Assembly: GCA_036172245.1 (NCBI GenBank)
Contig: JAYWIR010000011.1
Coordinates: forward strand, 558,001 to 622,000
DNA length: 64,000 nucleotides
Source: Raillietiella orientalis
Taxonomy: Eukaryota
Direction of reading: 5' to 3'
Made by a program: the position numbers and the translations under genes. Below the pieces are notes generated by a model. It worked only from the letters and a program-made list of their open reading frames with translations, did not search any database and was not told the origin of the DNA. This document shows, in pieces, positions 22,701-35,094 of the stretch (position 1 is the stretch's first letter; each line of letters starts with the position of its first letter).

Positions 22701-24949
22701 CGACAGAAAGGGCGGATATCCCCCAGGCCAAGGAACAGAGGATTCTTGGATCGCCGCTGCTGCTGCTGCAGGCCACTCTGAGGAGAGCGGCTCTACGGAA
22801 GGGAAGAGGGGAGCAGCGAAGTGAACGAGACGGGTGGCTGTAAGAAGAGAAGAGAAGAACGCGCCCTGAGCTCGAGCGAAACCGAAGTTGAGCAACCCTG
22901 TGGTCCTGCCTGGCCTCATCCCTTCCTTGAGGAACAAGGGGGACCCGCATCAACGGCTGCCCTGCACCCACAGTGGCAGCTTAACGAAAACATGCGCATT
23001 CTTCCGGGAAAGGATCAGTTCAGCTCCTGGGTCCCTTCCCCCTACCCTTACGATTTAGAAAGATGATCCTCGGGGTCTGCCAACATGGCTGCCCATGCCG
23101 CTGCCAATCGAAAGATGCCTCCCGATCCCGGGGCATCGTCGTCCTTCCTCCACGTTTCGCAAATAGGCGGCGCCCCCCCTCTCTCCTCCTCCTCCTTCCT
23201 CCCGGCCCGGATTCTCGTTTGGGACGCGCCTTGGTCTCCTCCATTGACTTCCCGCTCATGGGCCAGCGTTTAGCGGTTCGGTGGGACTGGACAGCGCTGC
23301 GCCATCGGGCGCAGGCGGCTGCGGAACGGAAAGTCGCGCGAGCCTCCGGGGTCACTGCCCCTTCCCAGCTTCCCTGTGTACCGAAAAGGATCTTTCCGGA
23401 AGGGTCGCCCCCGTTTGACCGGAAAAGAGGGGGGGGGGGAAACCAGTCTGGTACCTCCCCCTCCTTGCGGAGCGGGGGCCGCCCGGATCAGCTGATGAAA
23501 GTGCGCAGGAGGGGGCGGGCGGGCTGGCGCCCGAGAAGGATGAACCCGTCGAAGGTCGTATGTTCACCTCTCCACCCATCCGGTTCCTCCCCGCTCGTCG
23601 TCTTCGGAGCCCGCGGCTGAAAAAAGTGAAACCTCGAGAGCCCTTCGGGAACTTCTCGCCGTCGCTTTCTGACGTTCTTCCCTCGTCGTCGTCCTCCTCC
23701 CTGCGATCTCGGAAGAAGCAGCAGGCCGAACCCTTCCTCGGACCGATCCTCCTCGCGCACGCTTCGCACCCCACTTCCCTCCACGCGCACAATACGACCC
23801 CCCGCGGCGATCCCCCTCGATCCGCCTGCGCGTGACCAGCACGCGCGGGAACGACCGCGCTTCGGGAGACGAAGATAAAGAATCTGCGGTCTCGAAAGGC
23901 GAGAATCTCGACCGTCGAAGGAAGCAAGGTCCAAGAAGGGTGGGATGGGAGGGAGTCCCCCGAGGGGACCGGCCAGCTGCGCGAACCTCGCAGTGAAAGT
24001 TCACCGGCGATCGAGCAGCGTGCCTCCTCGTTCTTTGTTTCCGTTCGTCGGCGGGCGGACTGAGGAAGCGCCGTGGTGTGTTCGTGGTCGGGACGAAGTG
24101 GTGGAACGGAAACGAGGGGAAAGGGGGGGGGGCTCCGCGGGATCGCGCCGGAGAGAGGAAACGAGTGCGATCCGCTTGCAGTGCGTGCTGGCGTTTCTGA
24201 GGCGAGGAGGGCGAAGACAGAGCCGCGTGCGTCCGATTAATCTTATCCTTTCTTTCCGCATGATGCGATCACGGGACCCCTCTCCCCCTCCCTGGAACTT
24301 TGCTTCCATTCCGGGGTTCCCGTCGCACGGACCTGGATGCGACGCGGAGCGATGCTTTGCGCATGCACGCTCGGAACACGGAAGCGCGCGACCGATCCGC
24401 GCCTGCGCAGCACGCCCCTGATAACGCTCCCAGGAGACTCCTCGAAGTGGGCGAAGAAGGCGCATCGGTCGCACCCGGCCGAAAGTTTGAAACAGCGACG
24501 AGGCCACCTGCACGAAAGGTGGTGGCGTCCTGTCTCGGGATGGCTCTGTCCGAAAAGCGGATGGATGTACCAGGGGTGTTCGTGGGCGCGGAACCGGGGC
24601 CGGAGTGTCTTCAAAATGTAGCACGTGGGAGAGGCCGCGAAGCGCCCTCGAAAAATCGCTTGAAGTATTCAGGATCGATCAAAAAGGAAAAGTTGAAGGG
24701 AAGGGATTTCTTTTGCGCCGCCCTCAGGCTGCGCAAGTGCATCTCCGCTTACCCTCGTGATCTGGGCATCCTGTTCTTGGTTGGCGAAGGGGTGACCGGC
24801 GAATTTCCGGAAGGAAAGAGGGGCGGAACGAACGAAGCGGACCACTCAGGTGGCCGCAACAAGGGTAGAAAAGGGATCGTCCCGACCAGAAAGGAACGCA
24901 GAGAGGGTTGTTCAAGGGTGGGAGTAAAGGGAGGTGTTCCCTGCTCTGT

Positions 24950-25700
24950 TTGAGGAGGTTCCGCTAGGCGGGCTGATCTCCGGGATTCGAACCCGCAGTG
25001 TCTCGCCCAGCACCAGAGGTTTTGGTGGTTGCTTGCGCGAGGGCATCTCGTGGGTGTAAACGTTGGTGGTCTTCTTCGGTGCTCAGCCGACCTCATGATA
25101 CGACACTCTGATACTGATCGTGCTTCCCGCGAGGGTGAGGATTTTCTGAAATCTTTGCAACCTTTGCAAGCTGGCGGCGCGACCACGCGTGTGAGGTCGC
25201 CTGCCCTGGTAACAAGAACCGCTCCGCGGAATCTTCACCCGCAATGCACGCCGGAGTCAGAGGGAGTGTCTGTGCTCGGCGAAACTCCAGGAGCCGAATT
25301 GCATGTTCAGCCCTCTCATCTCGAGGAACGTATCAGGTTCTCCGAGATGACGGAAAGACGTTCATCAAGGAGAATTAGTGGAACAGAGTCGTGTGCTGCC
25401 GGTCAATAATTGCACGACGAATCATTTTGCTTCTTTCGTAAGGGGCACGTGGTGTGTTGTTTTTTTTTCTTCTTTTTCTTCCGAGGGCCTCTGGTCACTT
25501 AAGCGCATTCTGTCTGATTGGAATCCAGAACTGACGAGTTTCCGAGGAAACTCGTCAGTTCTGGATTCCAATCGTCCTACCTTCACCTCTGTGCAGGATG
25601 ACGTCACGCGCGCACTGAATGCTGGATTCGAAAATTCCACGCCGTAAGCACCTTTGACTGTTTTAACGAGCCGAGAAGAAGCCACTTTCTATAAGTATTT
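24950..25700 (+). mobile_element. Decayed Penelope-like RT core; boundaries approximate
   Basis: In order: LRDS, HLVGVNVGGLL (LVSFDVxSLF-like), PALVTRTAP (GxAMGTxxAP-like), PLISRNVSG (RYVDD position), VTRAL (thumb). Confidence 0.48.
25516..25573. repeat. Perfect 28-bp inverted repeat with 2-nt spacer
   Basis: GATTGGAATCCAGAACTGACGAGTTTCC (25516-25543), GA, GGAAACTCGTCAGTTCTGGATTCCAATC (25546-25573); the arms are exact reverse complements. Confidence 0.97.
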
Positions 25701-27049
25701 GCAAGCAGAGGACCGGAAGCATCAAGAAAAAAACAAAAAAAATCGGGAAACGGTCTGGTGCTAACTCATTCCAGGCGAAAGCCACCTGAACCGCAGCTTC
25801 CTTTTCCGTTGCTGCCGTGCCCCGTACCAAGGGGCGTGAGTTCGCTCCCCCCCTCCTCCTTCCGACGAGTGCAAGTCGCGATTCTGCATTTTTAGTGCAT
25901 GATCGGCCGCGTTTTTAGAGGGAACTTCGTTTTAAGGCCGTCCGGGAGCGAGCGGTGATTCGCATGGAGGAGGAAGTCGCGCCCGTCGTTGGACGGCGGA
26001 AGCCAGCGAGTATCCCAGGGCCATCCCGTCCCATCCCGGTTCCTAGGAACGGATGCCCTCTCCGTCGTCGTCAGCGACGCACACGATGCCGAGGAGTGGC
26101 GGCGCGGCTCTCTGCGTGGCGGGCTGGTACAAAAGGCGTGCCGGTCGCAGTACCGACCTCTGTCGGGCCGCACCCCGCCCACGCCCGCACACCCGATCTC
26201 GCCAAGCAAGGTCGTCCTGCCCCGGCGACCCGGATGGAAGGAGGGCAAGCCCGGTTGTGTGCCCCCGCCACCTCTCCCCCTTTCGGATCCCTCCTCGGCT
26301 CCGGACGACAGGGCGGGAGACGCGAACCTGGTCACTGTGGACGTTGGTTGCCGGCAGGAAGGGAAAATTCACTGCGGCGTGTGCGCACGCACGAACCGGC
26401 AATCATGTAAATAGAATCGTAGACGTGGCGTGCGTCCGTGTGCCGAGAGGGCGGCATCAGATTGCCGCTGCTGATGAGCGAGGAGCACTTGGCCGCCGCT
26501 CGCGAGGGAAAGCCAGAGGAAGAAGACCTCTCTGGCAGCGCCTCCGCGTTCCGTCTGCGCCCCCGAACGTGGGGGAAGGCGAGGGCCTCGCGGAAGGGTG
26601 GGATGGGACGGAAAGAAACGGAGGAGATGGTGAGGGGGCGGAATGGACAGGCTGATGGAGATTCGCTGCTGCTCTTCGATTCCCCGACCCGGTGCCTCAG
26701 AGAAGATTCTTCCCCCTCCCCGCCTCCTGCCTGGCAAGATGAATCTCAAAGAGCTCGCGTGAGATGCTGCCAAGGTCAGTCATCGCAATCTCCGAATCCG
26801 TCACCGGAGTGGGAAATTCGGGGCTCAGCTTCCCCCCAGCTAGATGAGAATCTTTTCCCCCTTTCACCTTCCGGCGGAATTCTCGGCGGCGACATCCTTT
26901 CGTCCTCTGGCGCGCTCCGTCACGTCGCGCGGCCGTTCGCTGCCCGGCGAGCGTAACGACCAGAAAGATGGAAGCCGCGCTCAGCATCACCCTTTTCGAG
27001 GCGGGCCTCTCTCCGCCGCGCCTCCACAAGGGGCTCAAAGGAACGCGTT

Positions 27050-27420
27050 TTCCCGCGATTTTTTCCCCTCTTTCTTATGGGCAGCCCCGACGCGGAGCGG
27101 ATGGTGGTGGCGGCACGCGCGGGCCCCCCTTCGCGCTGCCTCCACGACGACCGAGGAGCCGAGCAACTCGCACCGGATGGACGGTGGTGGCGAGCTGGCG
27201 GCGCGGGAGAATGGCTCCGAGAATCACCTGATCGCGGTCCACCCCCAGGATGAAAGAGAAGAGCAGATGTCGCAAGGTGTTACTGGTGCTCGCGAAGACA
27301 TGAAATGTTCTCGTTGCCATGGCCGGGGCAAGACCCAGCCCGTCAAACGTACTTGCAAAATTGGTGGAAGACAGCCGCGCTGAAAAATGCCAATGCAGCG
27401 AGCGCTTCGACGGAGAGGGA
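27050..27420 (+). mobile_element. Possible decayed Penelope-like linker/GIY-YIG fragment
   Basis: FSPLSYG followed by DMKCSRCHG..QPVKRT (IxCxxCxxxYxGxTxR-like); weak match. Confidence 0.3.
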
Positions 27421-30400
27421 AGGACCGGAAGGCTCTCCCCAGGCTTGAAACATCCGCATTCGAAAATTCGCCATCTGCCCGAGTCGGCATTTCTTCCCGC
27501 TCATGAAATTCCAGGAGCTTTCGAGGACGAACTCGAGCCGCAAGAGAAGATGAGCGGCGCCTGGGGAGGTCGGCCAAGTCACGGAATCGTTGCAGAATAA
27601 ATCACGTGCCGCGGGAAGAGTAAGAAGACACGCGACGGTGTGCTGGTGTTCGACCGCTCCAGCGTCGTTTCCTCCAGATTCGCGGTATGCAAAGCAAGTG
27701 CACGAGGAATGGACTTCCGCGTACCCAAAATAATGTAAAAAAAAAAAAAAAAAAGGATGAGAAACGAGGGAAACCCCGGGGGATTTACCCCCGGAGAGAA
27801 ACGAGGGCGCACGGATCCGATCCGAGAGCAACCTCCCTCTCTAAGAGGCCACTGTGGAGCCGCGAAAGCGGACCGGCAATCTGGGTCGAAGCGGGGAGAG
27901 CGTTTCCTCGCAACGGCTGGGGAACGAGGGGACTCCGGCCGCTTGCCGGGCTTTTCGCGCCTGCGCGGCACCTTGGTGCATGATCACCTCCGTGTTTCTC
28001 TTCTTTTTTTTTTTTTTTTTGAGAGCGGAAGGACATCTGAACGACTCCGGCAGAGAGTTCGGTTCCGGGATTTCGTCGTCGCCTCGCATTCAGGAAGATA
28101 TCGGGTCCTGGAGTCCCTCCAGGCGTCCGAGCGTCGAAGACGACGTCTGCCGACGGTCCGAGGCGAGGGGAGCGGGGGGTCCCGCAAACGGGATGCTCCA
28201 GTGCTAGAGGGCATTCCGGCAAGGAAGGAACGCAAGAACGCGCCGCGACTAAGCTGAGTGGGGAAGACTCGGCTGCAAGGAATTTTCTATCCCCTCGTCC
28301 TCCAACGCGCGAGTTGTGCCAACGGCAAAGTCGAAAGTGGCGCGCTCAGCTCGTGCCCGGCGTGGCAGGACGATGGTGCTTTCGTTCTCGCTGAGGGGTG
28401 GGGGATGGGGGGTGCCCGCTGTTGGAGGGTGCCGTTCGCGGGACGCTCGACGCGCTGAGAAGGCGGGAGGGAGGTTTCGCCTCGAGATCATGCGAGGCAC
28501 TGTTGGGTCCAACAACGGAGACAGCAGCGGGGCCGCAGCTTCCGCCAGTCCTCCGTGCTAAAAGCCCGCTGCATTCCGGGACGGCAAAAAGCGGCAGCTC
28601 GGAAGTTTCCGAACCGCGCGGCGGCCTCCTCGGAATGCGCGCGCCTCCGGAATGCCGGCGCTGCCCGATGCACGTTTTGCTCGCGCTCCGGAAAGGTCGT
28701 CCTCTGTTGCCTGTGGGGTTGCTGCTGCCGCATCCAGGGACAGGGACGAAAAACGCGGTCCTCCGCCGCGCTCGTGGGGGCGCGGGGACAGCCGGGCCGT
28801 AGGGAAGCACGCGGCGGGAGTTTCGCGCTTCGAATCGACGTCAGAGAAAGGCAGCACTTTCGTTGCAGCCATGTGGAGGATGTGCCCTTGAGGAATGTCA
28901 CTGGGAGGTCACTCATGTGACAACACGGTGCCATTCTTGGGCAGCGGCATGCGGGTGGCTGCCGAGCCGGTAACTGAGGGAAGGGGGGTTCGCGGTGCAG
29001 ACCGAAGGGGAATACCCTGAAATCTCGGGGTGTGGGAAGCGAGTAGGAAGAACCGGAAGCTCCCGAAAAGAGGGAGCTGCGCGTCAGGAAAGGGATGCTG
29101 CGTGCTCGAACGCATCCGGTTGCGCTCTGGAGACCTCGGCTGTAGCCGCCGCCTCCGCCGCCCGAGGTGGGAAGGTCATGCGGGTTAATCTCGAGGAGAG
29201 CCGGGAAGAAGGGAGGGAGACGGGGAAGGAAGGCGGCAAGGGAACCGCGCCGCTCACCTGCCCGCACCCGCGCGACTTGCGCCGGAAGTTCAGGCGGGAT
29301 CCACAGGAAGCGGTTCCCGTAGCAGGACGGGCCTCCTGCGTTCGCAGGGGGGCGCGCAGTGCTGCTGAGCAACGAGAGGAGCACGGCTCAAAGGGTGCGC
29401 GGTCGCCCGTCGGTCTCTGGGCGTGGAACCAAACCCGGATCTGGGCTCGGGCAGTGTCGGCGCCGGACCGTCCCGTCTTGGCGCGGGCAGAGTCGAAGAA
29501 GAGGTCGCTCTCTGCTTCGAAGGGGTGGCTCGGGAGGATGGGCGGGGAGAGGGGGAGGGACGAAGCGGATCGCAGCGCCTCCAGGTCATCGATCTCGCAT
29601 CGTCCCCCCCTCCGAGGGGCAGCGCTCAGATGCCTGGACGGTTCGCGCGGGTTCGGCGGCAGCCCTTGACTCGGACGGAGAGTTCTGCACCGTCCGCTGG
29701 AAGGACCGCGGCAGCGAGGGATTCACGGAGACCCGCAGACTCCGCGGTTGCGTCGCCCGGGGCCCCTCCATGTTTTTCTCTTTTTTTTCTCCTCCCGGTC
29801 GGTGTTTCAGTCCGCACCACCCTCGGCTCGTCTGGGAAGATCCGGGACGCTCTCTCTCTCTCTCTCTCCTGGACCGGTCCGCTCTCCTCATCCTCCTGCC
29901 GGCTAAAAGCAGCCCCGCATCTTCCGATTCCGGAAGCGCCGTCGAGTCGAACACAGCAACCGGACCAGCCCATCTGCCTAGGGATCGCCTCTGTCTTCCT
30001 CCACAGGGTGCGAACCGGAGTTCCTCCCCCTCTCCCTTTTCTTTCGATGCCAAGGAAAGAGACGTCCTCGCAGGGGTTGCGGGGGTGACGTGGGCTGAGA
30101 GCGACGACCAAAGGAAACCCCAACGTGGGGTGAGGCGAGGTCGCGGCCCGCTCTCATCTCCGCGGACGGTCGCGCCTCCGGGAGCGCCGGGACGAGGAGG
30201 GAGGTTCCCGCCCGCGGCCCGGGTCTCCACCGCAGCAGCTCCGAGGACCCGCTTCAGGCAGCGGAGAAGGTAGGAACCTCGCCCGCACGTGGGGGAGCGG
30301 ACTCTGCACCCGACGCGCGCTCCTCGCTTCCCGGTCGAACCTTCGCGGAGCACATCCCCCTCCTGCCCCGATCCGAGGACTTCGGGTGGGTAGGATCGAA

Positions 30401-33157
30401 CGTATTCACAAGTGGAGGGTCCTGAGCCGAGAGGTCACGGCGCGGGGAGAGTGGTCGAGGGAAAGGAAGGATGGAGAGCGTGCCCCCAGGCGACGCCTCT
30501 CGACCCGCCGGCTGGAAATCCGGGTGGCTCAGGAGCAGCCTCGCGCCTCGCCCTGGATGCCCCTGCGCCAGCCCCCCGGGGAAGGTCGGGACAACTCACG
30601 GTGGGACGGTCGACCGAAGCCTCCTCGACCGCGAGCGTACCGGCTAGAGGAGAGGCCGCCGCCTTTCCCCTTCCTCCGGCCTTCGTGACAGCCGGCGCTG
30701 CCCGCGAGCTTCCCTGAGGGCAGAGCTGACCTGACGGCCGGGAGACGCAGATCGGGCACTCTCAAGACGGCATCTCATCGTCCAGGTGGCCTCACCGTCT
30801 CCGCGGGGCGGGGGGAGGGGGCAGCGTCTACGCTGCTGCCCCTTAGCGGGGCTCGCGCGCGCCCTTGGACTCGACCCCTTATATTTTCCCGAAAAGGCCT
30901 GCAGCCGCACCCCGCGAAGAGCCTCTTGAGCTCTGTACCGAGCTTTCTGGGTTCTAGGCAGGGACTCGCCTGCTCGACCCTCGAGGTCGGTTCCCTCTCG
31001 AGTTTTCTCGCCAGCGAACTGGCGAGAAAACTCGAGTCCCATTCCGTTTTTTCCAATTTTTGTCTGCAATCCACAACGCATGCGCGCAAGTGCACGCGCA
31101 CGCACCTGCACGTCCGTATGTGGCACATGTACGTGCGTGCGTGAAACACCTACAGGTGCGTGAAACACACACGCACGCATGTACGTACAAACATATGCAC
31201 TGAGAACATGTGTACACGAATGGGTACTGCGTGCACGTGTGAAGACGTGTGACGCGAGAGCACACGTGTGCTGCTTTTTGAACGTGTCTTCCTCTCCTCG
31301 AGAGGAGCGGACGCTTCGCTCAGGTTTCTCCCGACTCGCCGAAATCACATCACGTGGTTTCGCCCTCCTACTCGAGGAAACGCCCACGATTCGCGCGCCC
31401 TGATCCCTCGGACCGTTACCCTCGGGAAGTTGGCGCGGCTGGAGGGTTTTGCGGTCGGTCTGCACCTGGCGGCAGCTTTCCGCTGAAATCGAAAGTGACG
31501 GCGGCACCACCGTGCCAGTTGGACTCGCGGCGCGTGCGCGCGCACGCGCAAAGGATAAGCAAGAGGGTGGAGAGGCACAGGGGGGAGGGCAGGTGCTGGT
31601 GGTGGTGGGGTAACACGGTAGCTGCTACTTTGTCGGAGCTGTCGCTGTGGAAACCGCAAGCACGTTCTTCTTGTCACTCCCTCCCGCCGCCTGCTCCGTG
31701 CGCTCTTCTCCTTTCTCGCGCTCGTGCGTGCGTCGGGAGAGTCTCCCTTCCACGGCTCGGGAAAGCACCGGGAGCCTCGTTCGCGGATCCAGGGCAGTCT
31801 GTCCCTTCCTCCGCCTCCACTCGCCCCACCGGACGCGGCAGTCGGCGACGGCGACCACTCTCGAGAGCGGGGCGGCTCTGCAGAGGGAGGGAGGTAGCGC
31901 ATGACCCACGCTTCGGGTCGGTATCTCCAAACCCTCCCTCCCTCTCGCTTCCCTCCTCCTCCAGTGAAAGTGAGAGCGCGCGTGCGGAAAAGCCGACCTC
32001 TCCGTGCGAGACCTTCCGGCTCGACGTCCGCACACCGCCGGCGACGGTTCCGGGACGGACCCGTGCACGTGCTCGGACGGGAGTCCGCCTGGAGGCGGAA
32101 GGGGCGCTTCGCCGGGCATACACGGAGGAAGGCAGACGAGGAAAACCTCACCGCCAGATCGGGAAATTCCCTCGTCCTTGTGCTTCCAGATTAAGAAGCA
32201 CACACCCCATCATCGTCGGGAGCAAGAAAAAGTGACCCCGAGGTGACTCTCGGGAGAGGGAAACCCAGGAGTCGCTTCCCGGCCTGCGAGGGGAAGAAAG
32301 AGGAAAGAGGGTGCTTCCTGTGGCGCTGTCTACACCCCCACCTGCTGCTGCCAGTCCCACGTTCGCGCCCTTTGGACGGGCCAAACCGACTCTTTTCCGC
32401 GCGGTACGATGGAGACGTGGACGAGGAAGAAGACTCGGGCTGGGGCGTCTTTCTGCTCACAGAAGGCAAGGAGCAACAGCAGCCGTTTCCACCTGAGAGT
32501 CCCTCCCCCCTTTACCTGCGAGGCTTGCAGAAGACGGCAGCGCGTGGATCGTGGATCTCCGCGCCAACGAATCCACGTTCCCGAAACTCTGGAAATGCAC
32601 GCGCGCGTGCGCGACGAGGTGCCGGTTCGGGGGTGCTCGCCGTCCTTAGACGCCCACGGCCGCCCCCTCCCGGTCTCGAAACGCGGGCAAAGGGTGGCGG
32701 CGAAGGGTCGGCTCCCCGCGGAAATGGTCGGTTCGATATCCGCTCCGCCGCCTCCGGGCTTTCTGGAGCGTTCCCTCTCGGTTCCTTCTCCTCTTCCTTC
32801 CCTCCCCCTTCCGGCACGACGGGACCGCTTTCTAGAAGGCGCGCCCGCCCGCTCGCGCCGGTTTTCGGACCGCCGGGAACGCCGTGAGGCCACGAAGGCG
32901 AGCTGAAAGCGGGACGGCGTTCCGGGGCGGGGAAAAGAGGGGGAGACTGGAGGGAGGAAGGGGTCCGCTCTCGCTCTTCCGAGCGCGCTCGGGGATACGG
33001 AAGTGCACGCGGCGACAGGCGGGCATCCGCTCTTGGGCGAGGCGATGACCGTGTAGAAAACCGCGCGTGGCGGGCCACCATGGCAACGAACTCGCGCACT
33101 CGGAGCGCTGGGGGAAGGGAAATAAATGAAAGTAGACGTCCTCTGTGTACCAACACG

Positions 33158-33163
33158 TTTATT
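33158..33163 (-). terminator. Candidate polyadenylation signal of ZP unit B
   Basis: AATAAA on the minus strand about 350 nt after the stop, followed by a T-rich stretch (TACTTTCATTTATTT), in otherwise GC-rich DNA. Confidence 0.55.
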
Positions 33164-33509
33164 ATTGTCCTCCGGGTTGAAGACGGGCCAGCCAACATGA
33201 AGGGGGAGGGGGATTTCCTCCGAAGGTTCAAGGCGTGTTCTCGTGTGCCCCACCCTTGCCGGGGAGAGTGGGAGAGAGGGGGGCAGCAACGTTCTATCTC
33301 GTGCGTGATGGCGGCGGCGGATTAAACGAACTCGTGGCCGCGTTGGTCCCTTGCAGCCCCAGAACGGGGCCGAACGGGGAAGATGGAAGGGGTGGGGGGG
33401 AAGGGGGTAGCGAAAGAGGGGGGAGGAGGAGAAAAAAAAACACACATACACATAAACACACAAAAAAAAAGGAAGGATAAAATGGGAATGCGCGCGCTCT
33501 CTCACCCCC

Positions 33510-35094
33510 TCAAAGGCGCTCTTCTGGCCCTGCGAGCGCGACCGCTCCCTCCTCCTCCGGCACGACCGAGCGACCGCCGCCGGGCTCCTCGAGCGGCGCC
33601 GCACCAGAAAGTGACGGCTGGGCGTCCGAGGATCGGGAAAACCGCAGGAAGTTTCGTGGGTTCGGGGCCTTCTGGTACAGGAAGGCGTGGAAGGCGTGGT
33701 TGCGGGACTCCCCTTTCCACTCCTTCCTCTTGGGCTTCTTCGTGGGGCGCGTGACCTGACACCTGGGGTCCGTAGACGACTCCGTGCACACGAACTCGGT
33801 GAGCGTGTCCGAGGAGAGCTTCAGACACTCCTCGGAGGTCGAGTAGGGCTGGCATGCTGCCGGTTCGTGGGCGCTGGGGGGCTCCGTCCGGTTCAGGAGC
33901 GGCACCAGGGGCGCTGCTGGCTTGCTCGTCTCTTTCGCAGCTGTCACCTTTGGTGGTCTCGCCGTCGGGCGGGACACCCCATGGGTGACGGAGATGGTGG
34001 TGGTCGGGGTGGTGATGGTCTCGCGAGGAGTCAGGGGAGGCCGAGACGAGGCGCGAGACGGGGGTGCCGCCGGCGTGGCTCGCGTGGTCGGAGGACTCCC
34101 CCTCGTGCGCGGCGGAGACGGCGGCGGCCGGATGGGGGCCGGCGTTCGCGGAAGGGTGGTTCCCTCTCGTGACGTCGCCGCATCGCCACCCCTCGGCCTG
34201 GTCTCCTGGGGGATCCTCGTCGCGGGCGGAGGGCCGGGTCGCGTCGGAGGAGGAGAAGGCCGATCGGTGATGGCGGAGACGCTCGCGGCCGTGGCCAGCC
34301 TCACCGTGGTGGTCTCGGGGGACGGGCGTGCGGGCGGCGCCTCCGTCCTCCCGGTCTCGCACAGGGGGTGCGCCGCGTCAACGGCGCAAGGATTGGACTG
34401 CAGCGTCACGAACTCCGAGGGGTACCCGGATTCCTCGCAGGTGCTGGCGGCGGAGCACCCGTGCTTGCAGAGCTCGACGTCGCAGGCGAAGTGCACCTGA
34501 GAAGAATCCGGGAAGCGGAACGCGTTGAGCCTGGCGTGAGCTATGAGGTCGGCGCCGGTGCCGCCCGTCTGCCTCGTCTTGGCGAAGTTGCCCAGCAGCT
34601 TCGGCTTCAGGCTGCAGCCGCCGTCATCCGACAGCCGCACCACGCTGGCTCCGGCGGCGGCGTCGCTCGGGTCCCTGTCGGACGCGAAGCAGTTCTTGAC
34701 CAGCAGGTCGAAGGCACCCCCTTTGTCTGCGATGTACACGACGATGGAGAGCTCGTCGCCCGCCTTCACGACGGAGCTCACGGGCAGGGAGAAAGGGCCG
34801 GCCCCTCGCTGTATGTCCATCCAGCAGGAGACGTCCTCCGCCACGAACCGAACCTCGGAGACGTCCAGCATGCTGACCGAGATGGGGTTGAACACGATGC
34901 GCTTCCTGAACGTGTCTTCCCACTCGCACGATATCTTCTGGGCAACGTCCCACACCTCCTGCACGACCTGGTCGTTCTGCAGGATGATCACGTTGTGAAA
35001 CCCTTTCCTTCCCGACGTATTGTTCGAGGTCCCGCAGCCGTTCATGGGAACGAAAAACTGGAGGGAGGTCTGGTTCGAATTGGGCTTCGTGTAT
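33510..35094 (-). CDS. ZP unit B coding exon 3: rest of ZP-N, entire ZP-C, Pro/Thr/Arg stalk with degenerate C-x8-C modules, stop
   Basis: Acceptor TTCTCTCCCAACAG|A at 35095/35094, phase 2. Within ORF 33510..35135: NVIILQNDQVVQEVWD, KNCFASD, GCSLKPKLL, NAFRFPDS, CDVELC, then CTESSTDPRC; TGA at 33512-33510. Spliced CDS is 48+179+1585=1812 nt (603 aa). Confidence 0.95.

Noticed and set aside
24975..25000. tRNA T-arm/B-box-like GGTTCGAATCCC (minus strand)
   Set aside because: No cloverleaf or A-box; lies within a retroelement relic where the plus strand reads LRDS.
27345..27380. TGC AA|GTACGT phase-2 donor as the end of the missing ZP-N exon
   Set aside because: The upstream translation has no ZP-N similarity.
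30790..30890. TATAAG plus downstream GTGAG as a private promoter/first exon for unit A
   Set aside because: No initiator match and no linked signal-peptide exon found; the motif is too short to support alone.
31405..31420. Ovo/Shavenbaby-like ACCGTTA site (ZP genes are known Svb targets in Drosophila)
   Set aside because: Single short match, no clustering; compatible with chance.
12716..33480. Many long overlapping Arg/Pro/Gly/Ser-rich ORFs (e.g. 12716..13906, 15401..16426, 32330..33604)
   Set aside because: Expected from high GC and low-complexity purine/pyrimidine tracts; no recognisable domains or consistent exon chains.
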